DNA of 58,844 nucleotides. It comes from a virus (lineage: Duplodnaviria > Caudoviricetes). Shown here one piece after another: positions 8,386-17,364 of this stretch. Position 1 is the stretch's first letter; each line of letters starts with the position of its first letter. A program made the translations under genes and the position numbers. The DNA lies in IMG/VR virus record IMGVR_UViG_3300031463_000546, positions 1 through 58,844 of that record; one strand, written 5' to 3'. The notes beneath the pieces were generated by a model. It made no database searches and was not told the origin of the DNA. It was given only the letters and a program-made list of their open reading frames with translations.

Positions 8386-11067
8386 TTACTCCTCGCTCAA
8401 TGTGCAGGTTTGCGAGACGGTGGTGACCGCCCCATCATCGTCTACAACGGTCAGCAGTACGGAATAGGTTCCTGCCGTTGTGTAGTGGTGCGTAAATAGT
8501 GCTTGGGGGAGTGCAGGTGATATGGTTCCATCACCCCAATCCAGGGTGGCGCGCATCACGATGCCATCCGGATCGGAGAAATCGATCTCGGCGTCGCAAC
8601 GGAAGCCTGTCGCGGTCAGCGAGAGGGTGGCCTGTGGCGGTTGATTCGCCAGGTTGACCGGACAGATCACCTGCTGACCATCACCCGATCCGGTCGTCGT
8701 TTCGATGGTGATCGTCCTGTCGTCCGTGTAATGAGCCAACGTACGATACCGGCTGGTTTGCCCGATGATTCCGTCGCGCCACCCTTGATCATCGCCGGGA
8801 TTCCAGCGCCATCCGATCACCGGCTCACCGTCGCTCGTTTCGGCAGGTGCGGTGATGATCAGCGTCTGATGGTCACACGAGCGATCTGCCGTGGTATAGA
8901 CGAGCAGGCGCTTCGTGGCGGCATCGAGGACGGTGAGATACCCCTCGAATCCGTTCATCGAACTGTAGGTCGGGATGGATTCGCCGGCATCCGGAGCAGG
9001 GAGCACGTCGAGCAGACTGTCATCGGGCGCCAGCAGAAAGATGCGATCACCTTGTCCATCCGGTCTCGTGCAGTGGCAGTAGAGGTGCCCGAACAGTTTC
9101 GTTAGATTCATCGGGATCTCATCGGCCTGCCAGAGGCCGAGAATGCGCCGGAGGAACACGCCGTCCGGTGAAAACACCTTAATGCAGCGGTTGGCCGTGT
9201 CGGTGACATACACCAATCCGTCGTTGACGGTAATCCCATACGGTTGGCCTGGCACCTTGTCGTCATCAATCGCGGCACTCCAACTCCGGCAGCATTCTCC
9301 CTCGGGGGTATAGCAGAAAATCCGGTTGGCGCCCGAGTCACTGATATACAACAATCCGTCGGCTTCCGTCATCCCGGTGACATCGGTGAAAAGGCCGTCG
9401 CCAAACGTGCGGAGCACCTCGCCGGTGACCCCGGATATGACCTGTATAGCGGTATGCGTGGTCACATGGGGATTGCCGTACCAGAGGATGAAATGCGAGT
9501 CCCGGTCGACCGCCACTGGTGCAATCACCCGCTCCAGTAATCGGCCATCGAGCGGCGCATACCGGGAGATCACCGTCGATTGGGCATCATCGAGTGCTGA
9601 CCCGATCACGTAGAGTGTCGAGTACGCACGGCGAACTGCCCATGGCCGGCAGCCTTCCATTGGCAATTCCTGGGTCAGGGGCGACGCCAGCGACCCGCCG
9701 TGTTCCAGGGCAACGGCAGTGCGCACATCCGGTGGTACCGCAACAGTGAGATCAGTCACCCCGCTGCAGATGCCCGCGAAACCTGGAGCAGATGCCTGCA
9801 CCTGGAACACACCGGCGGCAGTGTAGGTATGGCAGACGGTCTGCTCATCGTAGCTGCTTCCTGCAGGGATGATGACGTCAGTTTGCTCCCCGTCCCCCCA
9901 ATCGAGAAGCAACGGGATGCTCTCAGCAGCATGATCGATGACCGATGTGATTTGCAGTGTCACCGTCGCGCCTTTTAGCGCATTGACTGCGACATGGCAC
10001 TGGAGTCTGGAGCGGCGAGTAAAATGCTGCGTCACCACCGGTGATGCAAGCTGTCCACCAGAGGCGTTATGCGTGGCCATGGCGATGATTGTTTGCCCAC
10101 CGGCAATGGCTATCGGCATGGTAAACTGCTCCGGGGTGACAGGCAGGCCTGTGGGGTCAGTGCCGTCGGTGGTGATCCAGCACATGGATGCCGGGGGCGA
10201 GAGCTGGGGGAGAATCATATCGGTTTGCCCGGGCGCGATGGTAAAGATCGGCGCTGCACAGGTTTCGATACGTTGCGGTAGACTGCTTGTTCGCTGTCCG
10301 CAGCAGTTGCTTGCCACCACGGTAATTGTTCTGGGTGCCGAGGATCGATAGGTGTGGTGTGCCCATGCCCCCGGATGGCATCCGCTGGTCAGGCAGCGCT
10401 GGCCATCATCATTGAGCTCATCCCAATCGATGGTGATATCGCTGATGGCGTCGCCATCCGTGGTGGTATCCGCTTCGACCAGGATCGACAACGTCCTGTC
10501 CAGCGTGAACCAGTCGGCAATACGGCAGGTAGGCGGATCACATGCGACCAACAAGGGGACTGTCGCCACCGCGTATTCACCACGATCATCCTGCACCGTG
10601 AGCGTGATCGTCCGCTCACCGGATGCCATATAGCAATGCTGATATGTCTGGTCGCTGGTGATCTCGGTTTGCCGGGCACCGTCTCCCCAATCCAATACGA
10701 CCTCGGTGACGATGCCGACCGGTGTCGAGAAGGTAGGGATCACCATCGCGCACAGACCAGTCTGCATGTGGCACAATGATACCTGCGGACGAATCGGCTC
10801 CAGCACCAGGGGCACTTGCTGGCTGACGGTATCGCCATCCATGCCGATGACTTCTACCGTCAACGGCAGCGATCCAGCGACCGTCGGATGGTATTGATAG
10901 GTAAACTCTTTGCCGGGAATCCCGGTGTGCCAGCCCGACCCATCACCCGGATCGATACGCCACCAGGCGATCTGCGGCGAGGCATTCACCCGCACTGCGA
11001 TGCGGCGCTGTTCCACATCCACCTGCAGGGTGAACGCACACAGCGCACCGAACACTTCCGCTGACAT
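8386..11067 (-). CDS. PKD-domain + NHL-repeat (beta-propeller) protein
   Basis: Several (L)DWGDG PKD motifs, ITTDGTDP, NHL repeats (PYGITVNDGLVYVTDTANRCIKVFSPDG). Confidence 0.8.
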   Translation of the reverse strand: MSAEVFGALCAFTLQVDVEQRRIAVRVNASPQIAWWRIDPGDGSGWHTGIPGKEFTYQYHPTVAGSLPLTVEVIGMDGDTVSQQVPLVLEPIRPQVSLCHMQTGLCAMVIPTFSTPVGIVTEVVLDWGDGARQTEITSDQTYQHCYMASGERTITLTVQDDRGEYAVATVPLLVACDPPTCRIADWFTLDRTLSILVEADTTTDGDAISDITIDWDELNDDGQRCLTSGCHPGAWAHHTYRSSAPRTITVVASNCCGQRTSSLPQRIETCAAPIFTIAPGQTDMILPQLSPPASMCWITTDGTDPTGLPVTPEQFTMPIAIAGGQTIIAMATHNASGGQLASPVVTQHFTRRSRLQCHVAVNALKGATVTLQITSVIDHAAESIPLLLDWGDGEQTDVIIPAGSSYDEQTVCHTYTAAGVFQVQASAPGFAGICSGVTDLTVAVPPDVRTAVALEHGGSLASPLTQELPMEGCRPWAVRRAYSTLYVIGSALDDAQSTVISRYAPLDGRLLERVIAPVAVDRDSHFILWYGNPHVTTHTAIQVISGVTGEVLRTFGDGLFTDVTGMTEADGLLYISDSGANRIFCYTPEGECCRSWSAAIDDDKVPGQPYGITVNDGLVYVTDTANRCIKVFSPDGVFLRRILGLWQADEIPMNLTKLFGHLYCHCTRPDGQGDRIFLLAPDDSLLDVLPAPDAGESIPTYSSMNGFEGYLTVLDAATKRLLVYTTADRSCDHQTLIITAPAETSDGEPVIGWRWNPGDDQGWRDGIIGQTSRYRTLAHYTDDRTITIETTTGSGDGQQVICPVNLANQPPQATLSLTATGFRCDAEIDFSDPDGIVMRATLDWGDGTISPALPQALFTHHYTTAGTYSVLLTVVDDDGAVTTVSQTCTLSEE

Positions 11068-11096
11068 ATCACTCCTTGCGACGTGTTACGTCGAAC

Positions 11097-11240
11097 TCAC
11101 CGGCGGAATTGCTCGCGCTCATACGCCAACTGGCGGTCGAGCGCTTCCACGAATTCCGCGCGCCGGCGTAATGACAGCCGGCGTATCTCCTCAAAGCCCC
11201 AGGGCAGGCCGCCATAGCCGAGGAAGAAGGCATCTTGCAT
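11097..11240 (-). CDS. Tail chaperone C-terminal (gpT-like) segment, 47 aa, not in ORF track
   Basis: MQDAFFLGYGGLPWGFEEIRRLSLRRRAEFVEALDRQLAYEREQFRR*; lies in -1 frame, open from the slippery site. Confidence 0.75.
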   Translation of the reverse strand: MQDAFFLGYGGLPWGFEEIRRLSLRRRAEFVEALDRQLAYEREQFRR

Positions 11241-11914
11241 CAGCGACCGTTCGGGAAGAAAAAACCGGCATCGCCTTCCACCCGGATGCGGATTGGTTGC
11301 CCGCAGTGTTCACAGGCGGTATCCACGGTGGTGTCGATACCGCCGTCGACGGCCAGCATCGCCTGCCGGAGTGCCTGGCGATCCTTCAACGACATTTCGG
11401 TCACCGTCTTTCTGGTGGGGGCTTTGCCGTCGATGTCCAGGATGCGGATAAGCATGCCCTGTGAGATGGTCGCCTCGGGCAAGGCCGCCAATCGTTTTTC
11501 TTTGTGACCATCGAGATAGCCGAAGCGCACAACTTGCCCGGAGCCGGGGAGTGTGCAGGTGAATTCTCGTTCCGTCGGATACGGCGTGACCGGCAAGTCC
11601 GCCAGGTTGACGGATAATAAACTGATCCCCTGGCAATTCGCATTGGGGCACGCCAACCGTAACGTCATCTCATCGCCGAGAGAGATCTGCCGGAGTTTCA
11701 CCAGAATGAATAGACGATCCCCCGCCAGCAGGTCGAGGACATCCTGTGGACTGACCTCCGACTTCTCGCCCAGGTGCACCAGGCAGTTGCGCAGCAATTG
11801 ATTGACGGCATCGCCGGAGCGCAGCAGCTTGCCATTGGTGAGCAGCTCCTCCTCGGCGCCAGTCAACTCGCGCAGTTCACAGGGGATGCCACTCGGTAAA
11901 GTATAGGGATACAT
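11240..11914 (-). CDS. Tail assembly chaperone / T4 gp26-like baseplate hub assembly protein
   Basis: Follows tube gene; DR.fiL..LR..S.G, CPNANC and CEHCG motifs, ends FFFP. Confidence 0.75.
   Translation of the reverse strand: MYPYTLPSGIPCELRELTGAEEELLTNGKLLRSGDAVNQLLRNCLVHLGEKSEVSPQDVLDLLAGDRLFILVKLRQISLGDEMTLRLACPNANCQGISLLSVNLADLPVTPYPTEREFTCTLPGSGQVVRFGYLDGHKEKRLAALPEATISQGMLIRILDIDGKAPTRKTVTEMSLKDRQALRQAMLAVDGGIDTTVDTACEHCGQPIRIRVEGDAGFFFPNGR
11258..11264 (-). other. Candidate -1 ribosomal frameshift heptamer T TTT TTC
   Basis: GGT TTT TTC fits X XXY YYZ in frame; -1 frame reads without stop into 11097..11240. Confidence 0.7.
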
Positions 11915-11923
11915 GTCTTCTCC

Positions 11924-12391
11924 TTAATCCCAGTATTGGTAGGCCAGGGACAGCTTCTCGATGTTGTTGTCGGTCTTGCCGCCTTCGAGCTCGTCGTAGT
12001 CCAGCGATTTGATCCAGGCGCCGTGAATGTGCCAGCGGCGGGTTTCGATCCCCGCCCGGTCGTACTGCACGATGTCGAGATCGCGCAGGTACATGTCCGG
12101 GGTGCCGCCGATACCCAGCGTGGGATCGCCCACTTGCAACAGCCACTGCCGCGCGGCATCGTCGGAGCCGTCAGCCAGCGTCCCTTTCTCGAGGCTGAGC
12201 GCGTCGAACTTCATGCGCCCGGCCACCTTCTCATCGAAGAGCGACCCGGCGGGCGCGAAACTGACCTCCTCGAACTCCGTCTTCGGGAGCGAGCATTTCT
12301 GAAAGAGCGCCACATCGAACCCGTTGATCTCGATGGCGAATTGCCAGTTCTGATACAGGTTGTGCGGCGTGGTCGCGACTTGTAATGGCAT
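11924..12391 (-). CDS. Tail tube protein (T4 gp19-like)
   Basis: F.IEI.G...A.F..CS, GRMKFD.LSLEKG, RW....AW, IEKLSLAY. Confidence 0.9.
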   Translation of the reverse strand: MPLQVATTPHNLYQNWQFAIEINGFDVALFQKCSLPKTEFEEVSFAPAGSLFDEKVAGRMKFDALSLEKGTLADGSDDAARQWLLQVGDPTLGIGGTPDMYLRDLDIVQYDRAGIETRRWHIHGAWIKSLDYDELEGGKTDNNIEKLSLAYQYWD

Positions 12392-12402
12392 GGTGCATTC
12401 TC

Positions 12403-12837
12403 CTAACGGACTCGTCGGCCCGAATTAGCGTCGATGACGACGGATTGGGATGGTGCTGTGCGCGCCGGGGGCGGCACGGAGGACGAAGCGGCCGTGGACG
12501 CATGTTGCGTGTTTCGCTTCCCGAGCGTGTCGGTGGCCGTGTGCCCCGCGCCGTTCCCCAGCGCATTGCGACGGAGCGTCAACTCGCAACTGTATCCGCC
12601 GCTATCGATGCGATGCCGGACGGCTTCGACGTAGTAGACGCCGGAGAATTTCCGTCCCACCCCCCGCATTTCAATATTCTGCTTGGCTCGCAACGTCGGC
12701 AGACCGATGGTCGTTGCTTCCGCCGTGACGTGCCGAAGTTCCCCAGTGACGAAAGCCTGCTCGGCGGCAGGTTGTGTCTTCGCCGTGCCTGTTGACGGCG
12801 TAATCTTTCCCGCGCGCTGTCCAGCCGGTGTGCCCAT
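12403..12837 (-). CDS. Late control D / baseplate hub, C-terminal half
   Basis: TIGLPTLRAK..IE.RGVGRKFSG.YYVEAVRH.I...GY.CEL is the typical gpD C-terminus. Confidence 0.8.
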   Translation of the reverse strand: MGTPAGQRAGKITPSTGTAKTQPAAEQAFVTGELRHVTAEATTIGLPTLRAKQNIEMRGVGRKFSGVYYVEAVRHRIDSGGYSCELTLRRNALGNGAGHTATDTLGKRNTQHASTAASSSVPPPARTAPSQSVVIDANSGRRVR

Positions 12838-12863
12838 CGTGCTCTCCCATGGGTGCGATCACC

Positions 12864-13226
12864 TCACCGCATCACCGGTGTGGGAAACAGCGCGAGCAGA
12901 TTCGACAGCACCGCATAGATGAAGCGATGCACGGTCAACTCCGTCGCCGGTTCGAACGCGATCAATGCGCGCGAATCCCCGTACAGGACCATAGTGACAT
13001 GTCCCTTCAATCGGGATGGCACCATCGCGAACCAGCGCGACGCATCGAGCACCGGCCATCCATCTGTGCCGTTTTCGAATCCAATGCTGCCGCAGAGTCG
13101 TGCCGGGGCGAAACATTCGTCACCGAACCAGGCCAGGCTCGCGGCGTCCTCTTCGGCTGCCGTGGCGAAATACCAGGGATTGCCGTTTCCCCACCGCTCC
13201 AGCACTTCAGGATATGTCAGACTCAT
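12864..13226 (-). CDS. Hypothetical protein between the two hub halves
   Basis: AGGAG RBS before ATG 13226; fills the gap; no recognisable domain. Confidence 0.55.
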   Translation of the reverse strand: MSLTYPEVLERWGNGNPWYFATAAEEDAASLAWFGDECFAPARLCGSIGFENGTDGWPVLDASRWFAMVPSRLKGHVTMVLYGDSRALIAFEPATELTVHRFIYAVLSNLLALFPTPVMR

Positions 13227-13236
13227 CGGCCAGCTC

Positions 13237-14097
13237 CTATCGCACCGGCTTGCCGGTATTCGCATCGATGACCACCGGATGGGATGGTGGTCCCTGCGTC
13301 AAGGCGGATTTGTTCCCGAGTACTGGGCGATCCGGGGTTGACGCATTATCTGCTTTTGCTATCGCCGACTTTTTGGCTTTCGGATCGACGCCGACCGCTT
13401 TGGCCGATTGCCCACCGGTCGCATTTCCCTGGGTCTGGGTCTGCGGACGAAACGACCGTAAGATCCCTTTCCGGCTGGTGAAATATTCCAAGGCCAACAC
13501 CGGAGGCTTCTCCAACCCGCGCGGGTGGAAGTGCAACTCTTCCCCCTCGACATAGAACACATAGCCAGTCGTCCCCTTGCCGTCGGCAGCTCGTGCGGTC
13601 TTCGCCAGGTGCGCCAACCATTGCGCGTCCGACAATTTGCTCTGATGCAGCCGCGGGAACCGGTCGATACTCGGCGTGACCACCGGCATCAGGCCATGTT
13701 CATTCGCGATGGTGTTCGCGATGTCGCTCGCGCGAATGCCGCCCGAGTGTTCCCACACCCGCTGCACCTGCTCGGTAGACAACTTGCACGCCTTGTCATA
13801 CGCCTTGATGGTGATCGTCGGCGCTCCCGATTCCGGGAAGTCGTAGCCGATCTCCTTGATCACCGCCACTCGGGTCGGCGAGAGATTATCCGCATACCCG
13901 AAGCGCACCCGCACTTCATGACCTTCCTGCAGCGAGGGATGATCGATCCATTGCAAATACGGATCGGTCAACGTCACTTCCAGCAAATCCATCTCTTTTT
14001 CGTGATCCTCATAAGTGAAGGAGATCAGGTCACCGGACAGATCAAGGGAGAGACGATGGCCTTCGATATCGAGCAGCACGATGGGTGCCTGCGTCAT
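13237..14097 (-). CDS. Late control D / baseplate hub (P2 gpD-like), N-terminal half
   Basis: SFTYED...D.LE.TL.D, V.FGY, Q...SD.QWL..LA, GY.FYVEG..LHF. Confidence 0.85.
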   Translation of the reverse strand: MTQAPIVLLDIEGHRLSLDLSGDLISFTYEDHEKEMDLLEVTLTDPYLQWIDHPSLQEGHEVRVRFGYADNLSPTRVAVIKEIGYDFPESGAPTITIKAYDKACKLSTEQVQRVWEHSGGIRASDIANTIANEHGLMPVVTPSIDRFPRLHQSKLSDAQWLAHLAKTARAADGKGTTGYVFYVEGEELHFHPRGLEKPPVLALEYFTSRKGILRSFRPQTQTQGNATGGQSAKAVGVDPKAKKSAIAKADNASTPDRPVLGNKSALTQGPPSHPVVIDANTGKPVR

Positions 14098-14157
14098 GCC
14101 TGATCTCCTTCATGCCACCACTTACGCATGAGACCGGAAAATCTACGAACTCCCACG

Positions 14158-14183
14158 AAAAAAAGCGCGCATCGCTGCGCGCT
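14158..14183 (-). terminator. Intrinsic terminator-like hairpin in the leader of the minus-strand tail arm
   Basis: 8-bp stem AGCGCGCA/TGCGCGCT, GCGA loop, U-tract on minus strand. Confidence 0.65.
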
Positions 14184-14211
14184 CTCCCCGAAATGCCCCT
14201 GCCTGATGGTC

Positions 14212-14231
14212 CATCGTGAAATTTCACGATG
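14212..14231. promoter_or_regulatory. Perfect 20-bp palindrome CATCGTGAAATTTCACGATG (operator-like)
   Basis: Exact reverse complement of itself; lies in divergent intergenic region. Confidence 0.75.
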
Positions 14232-14313
14232 CGACGCCAACTTTTTTCCAACTTTTTTCACGCTCGAATTAGGTCCATTTCGCTCCCTGACTGCCCGTCA
14301 CACCGGGCATCTC

Positions 14314-14327
14314 CGTGAAATTTCACG
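14314..14327. promoter_or_regulatory. Second operator-like copy CGTGAAATTTCACG
   Basis: Identical 14-bp core palindrome about 100 bp from the first. Confidence 0.72.
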
Positions 14328-14419
14328 AGTAACGGGTGAGGCCTCGGTGCCACACCGTTCCTGCGCCCTCCCGGATGACGCGTCAACGCCGGGCCTCCAT
14401 CTCACTCAAGGAGGCCGAC

Positions 14420-15061
14420 ATGGCTGACCCGACCTTCACGTATGACCTCGATCCGGTCATGGTGCATAAAGTGGAGTATTTCGCGCACTTGCTGCGCCGT
14501 TGTCTCAGACTGTCCGAAGACGATTACCAGGATTATCGCCAGGAGCTGTATCTCCATGCGATTCGTCGCACCCCGCGTTATGACCCCAGGAAAAGCGGAT
14601 GGGCGAAATTCATGGAGTGCGTGGTGCATGCCCAGGCCGTGACCATCATGCGCCGGCATACCTATCGGATTGAGCGAGAAATTTCATACAGCCGCTATCT
14701 CCCGGCAGACGGCGTGTTCGATACCGACAATGTCCTCGTGTCACGGCTGGACGGCGTTCCCGTCACCGATGACCAGGAGTTGATGACGACGCATCGGCAA
14801 GGGGCGGAAACCGACAATATCGATGCCGCCATCGTCATTAACGAGGCGCTCACCGCGTTGGCCCCGCATCTCCAACACATCGCGCGCCTGTTGATGGCCG
14901 GCTATCGCACCAGCGACATCGCGCGCGAACTGGAGATGCCGTATACCTCGATACACCACCAGGTGCAGCGCGTGCGCCAGCTCCTCGCCGCGCAAGGCGT
15001 CACATTTTTCCCGGTGCAGGTTCGTAAGAATCCCCGACCCGCGCGTAAGAGGGACAAGTAG
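14420..15061 (+). CDS. Sigma-70/ECF-like factor with C-terminal HTH
   Basis: D..D..QE...YDP.K region-2-like; L..L...L.M.GY...DIAREL region-4 HTH; AAGGAGG RBS. Confidence 0.75.
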   Translation: MADPTFTYDLDPVMVHKVEYFAHLLRRCLRLSEDDYQDYRQELYLHAIRRTPRYDPRKSGWAKFMECVVHAQAVTIMRRHTYRIEREISYSRYLPADGVFDTDNVLVSRLDGVPVTDDQELMTTHRQGAETDNIDAAIVINEALTALAPHLQHIARLLMAGYRTSDIARELEMPYTSIHHQVQRVRQLLAAQGVTFFPVQVRKNPRPARKRDK

Positions 15062-15082
15062 CGACAACCGACACGGAGTGCC

Positions 15083-16096
15083 ATGACCACGCATCCCATT
15101 CTCACCACCTATTCGTTCTGGAACAGCTATCGCAATTGCCCGCGGGCATGTGCCTGGCGGTATGTCGAGGAGCTGGCGCCGATTGAGCGGAGTCTTTCCC
15201 TGCGCTTCGGCACGATGATCCACCAGTGCCTGGAATGCTGGCACCTGCGCCGCGATCTGGGTGAGACGCTGGAGTTGATCGAGCGGGCCTGCTTAATACA
15301 CCAGCAGTCGCCGGAAGTGCGTGCTGCCCAACACCTGGCGACCGCCATGATGCTGGGCTATGCCATGCGGTATCCCGAGGAATCGTTTCGCGTCGTGGCG
15401 CTGGAGAAAACCTTCGCCGGCCCGCTCTATAACCCGGAGACCGGCAAACCATCACGGACCTTCGTGTTGGCGGGCAAGGTGGATGGCATCGTCCAGATCG
15501 AGGGTGAACTGTTCCTGCTGGAACACAAGACCGCCGCCACGCTCGACAGCGAGTATCTGGAGAAGCTGTGGATGGATTTCCAGATCCTGCTCTACGCCTA
15601 CGCATTGGAACGGTATTGGGGGCTCCGCATCGCCGGCGTCATCTACAACATCCTCGTCAAAGCCAAACTGCGCCAGGGACAGGGGGAAACCGAGGCGGAA
15701 TTCCGCCAGCGCGTGGTGGATCTGTCGGCGAGGAACAAATCCGGCAAATCCACCGCACAGCGGAAATACCCCGAGACAGACGCCGATTATCAGGGACGGT
15801 TACGCGCGAAGTATACCGACGCCAGCATGTTCCACCGGGAGATGATCTATTTTTCCCGCGAGCAGTTGGCGGAGGTTGAAGCGGAACTCTGGCTCCTTTC
15901 CCAACAGTTCCTGCAGGCGCGGCGGCACGGCTGGTTCTTCCGCAACACCGGCTATTGCTTTCATTACGGCTCCCCCTGCGCCTACTACCCGCTGTGCCGG
16001 GCAAACGGCGCAGCGCACATCATCGCCAACCTCTACGAGCGTCGTCCGCCGCACGAGGAACTGCAGCCCTCGCATGACACCGATCCCGTATTTTGA
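15083..16096 (+). CDS. PD-(D/E)XK RecB-like exonuclease
   Basis: CPR...GT.IH..LE; GKVDG; EHKT; Q...Y; C-terminal Cys cluster. Confidence 0.88.
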   Translation: MTTHPILTTYSFWNSYRNCPRACAWRYVEELAPIERSLSLRFGTMIHQCLECWHLRRDLGETLELIERACLIHQQSPEVRAAQHLATAMMLGYAMRYPEESFRVVALEKTFAGPLYNPETGKPSRTFVLAGKVDGIVQIEGELFLLEHKTAATLDSEYLEKLWMDFQILLYAYALERYWGLRIAGVIYNILVKAKLRQGQGETEAEFRQRVVDLSARNKSGKSTAQRKYPETDADYQGRLRAKYTDASMFHREMIYFSREQLAEVEAELWLLSQQFLQARRHGWFFRNTGYCFHYGSPCAYYPLCRANGAAHIIANLYERRPPHEELQPSHDTDPVF

Positions 16097-16114
16097 GCTG
16101 AAAGGAGCCGTCCC

Positions 16115-16831
16115 ATGGGTGTCTTGCCGACACACAAAACCCCCGCACGCACTGACCTTGCCGACTTGACCGTGCTCATTTACGGAGCGCCGAAGATCGG
16201 CAAATCGACCTTTTGCAGCCAGGGTGACCACGCGTTGTTCCTGGCGACGGAGGCCGGACTGAACCATCTGGACACCTATCAGGTGCCCGTCGCGAGCTGG
16301 CTGGAGTTGCAGGAAGCCTGTGCGGAAATCGCCGCCGGGCAACACGACTTCCGCACGGTCATCATCGACACCATCGATAACGCCTTGCACATGTGCGAAC
16401 ACTACATTTGCGAGCGTCATGGGATCAAGCATCCCTCGGATTTAGAGTACGGCAAGGGATACGCGCTGGTGACCAATGAGTTCACCCGCGTATTGACCAA
16501 GCTCTCGCTGCTGCCGTATGGCCTCTATCTGATCAGTCATGCCGAACAGATCGAGGTGAAGACGCGCACGGACAAATACAAAAAGTGGGTGCCGTCCCTG
16601 GGCGGGAAAGCGCGCAAAGCGGTGCTCTCGCTGATGGACATCATCCTGTACGCGGACATCGAAGATGCCGTGGATGCCGAGGGGCATCCCATCGAGCTCC
16701 GCGTCCTGCGTACGAAACCCACGACAGGCTATGAGGCGGGAGATCGCACCGGACGTCTGCCCGATACGCTCCCGCTCGATTATCAGGCATTCGTCGATGC
16801 CTTCAACGTCGATCCCTTCCGGGATCAATAA
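16115..16831 (+). CDS. AAA_24 / Sak4-like single-strand annealing ATPase
   Basis: YGAPKIGKST Walker A; VIIDTID Walker B; YGKGY. Confidence 0.88.
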   Translation: MGVLPTHKTPARTDLADLTVLIYGAPKIGKSTFCSQGDHALFLATEAGLNHLDTYQVPVASWLELQEACAEIAAGQHDFRTVIIDTIDNALHMCEHYICERHGIKHPSDLEYGKGYALVTNEFTRVLTKLSLLPYGLYLISHAEQIEVKTRTDKYKKWVPSLGGKARKAVLSLMDIILYADIEDAVDAEGHPIELRVLRTKPTTGYEAGDRTGRLPDTLPLDYQAFVDAFNVDPFRDQ

Positions 16832-16869
16832 TCCCCCACACACTGACCAACGACAAGGAGACCAATGAC

Positions 16870-17364
16870 ATGAGTATGTATGAATTCGACCAGGATCTGG
16901 CCAACATGCAGCACACCTGGGAAGAGAGCGATCCCATGGAAAAGAAATCCTTCGAGGATGTGCCATCGGGACGGTACCAGGCCTATATCGATAAGCTGTA
17001 CCTTGATCGCGCCAAGACCAGCAGGCGACTGCTGCTGAAATGGGAGCTGGTCATTGCCGCGGGACCGTATCAGGGACGTCGCCTGTTCCGCAACAACACC
17101 ATGGAAACCCCGGACAACCTGCGCTGGCTGAAGACCGACTTGCTGTCGGTCGGGCTGGAGTTAGGCCAACTCGCTGATCTGCCGGCGAAACTGCCGGCTC
17201 TCATCGGGGTGCTGCTGGATATCAACGTCTCGATCAAAGGCGATGGCGATCAGGCACGCACCAACGTCTACATCAACAAACGCGTGGATCGCGATGGCGC
17301 TCTGCCGGCAGCCACACCGACCGTGACGCCGAAGGGAGGCAGCAGTGGACTCTCGCGCTTCTAA
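16870..17364 (+). CDS. DUF669-like ssDNA-binding protein
   Basis: FEDVPSGRY...I..GPYQGR.LF; typical position after Sak4. Confidence 0.7.
   Translation: MSMYEFDQDLANMQHTWEESDPMEKKSFEDVPSGRYQAYIDKLYLDRAKTSRRLLLKWELVIAAGPYQGRRLFRNNTMETPDNLRWLKTDLLSVGLELGQLADLPAKLPALIGVLLDINVSIKGDGDQARTNVYINKRVDRDGALPAATPTVTPKGGSSGLSRF

Noticed and set aside
8377-8394. Stop-codon readthrough joining the two in-frame PKD genes
   Set aside because: Stop is TAA and a GAGGAG RBS precedes ATG 8379, so independent initiation is simpler
15083-16096. Cas4 / CRISPR locus
   Set aside because: No repeat-spacer array or other cas genes; Sak4 and SSB neighbours indicate a phage recombination exonuclease
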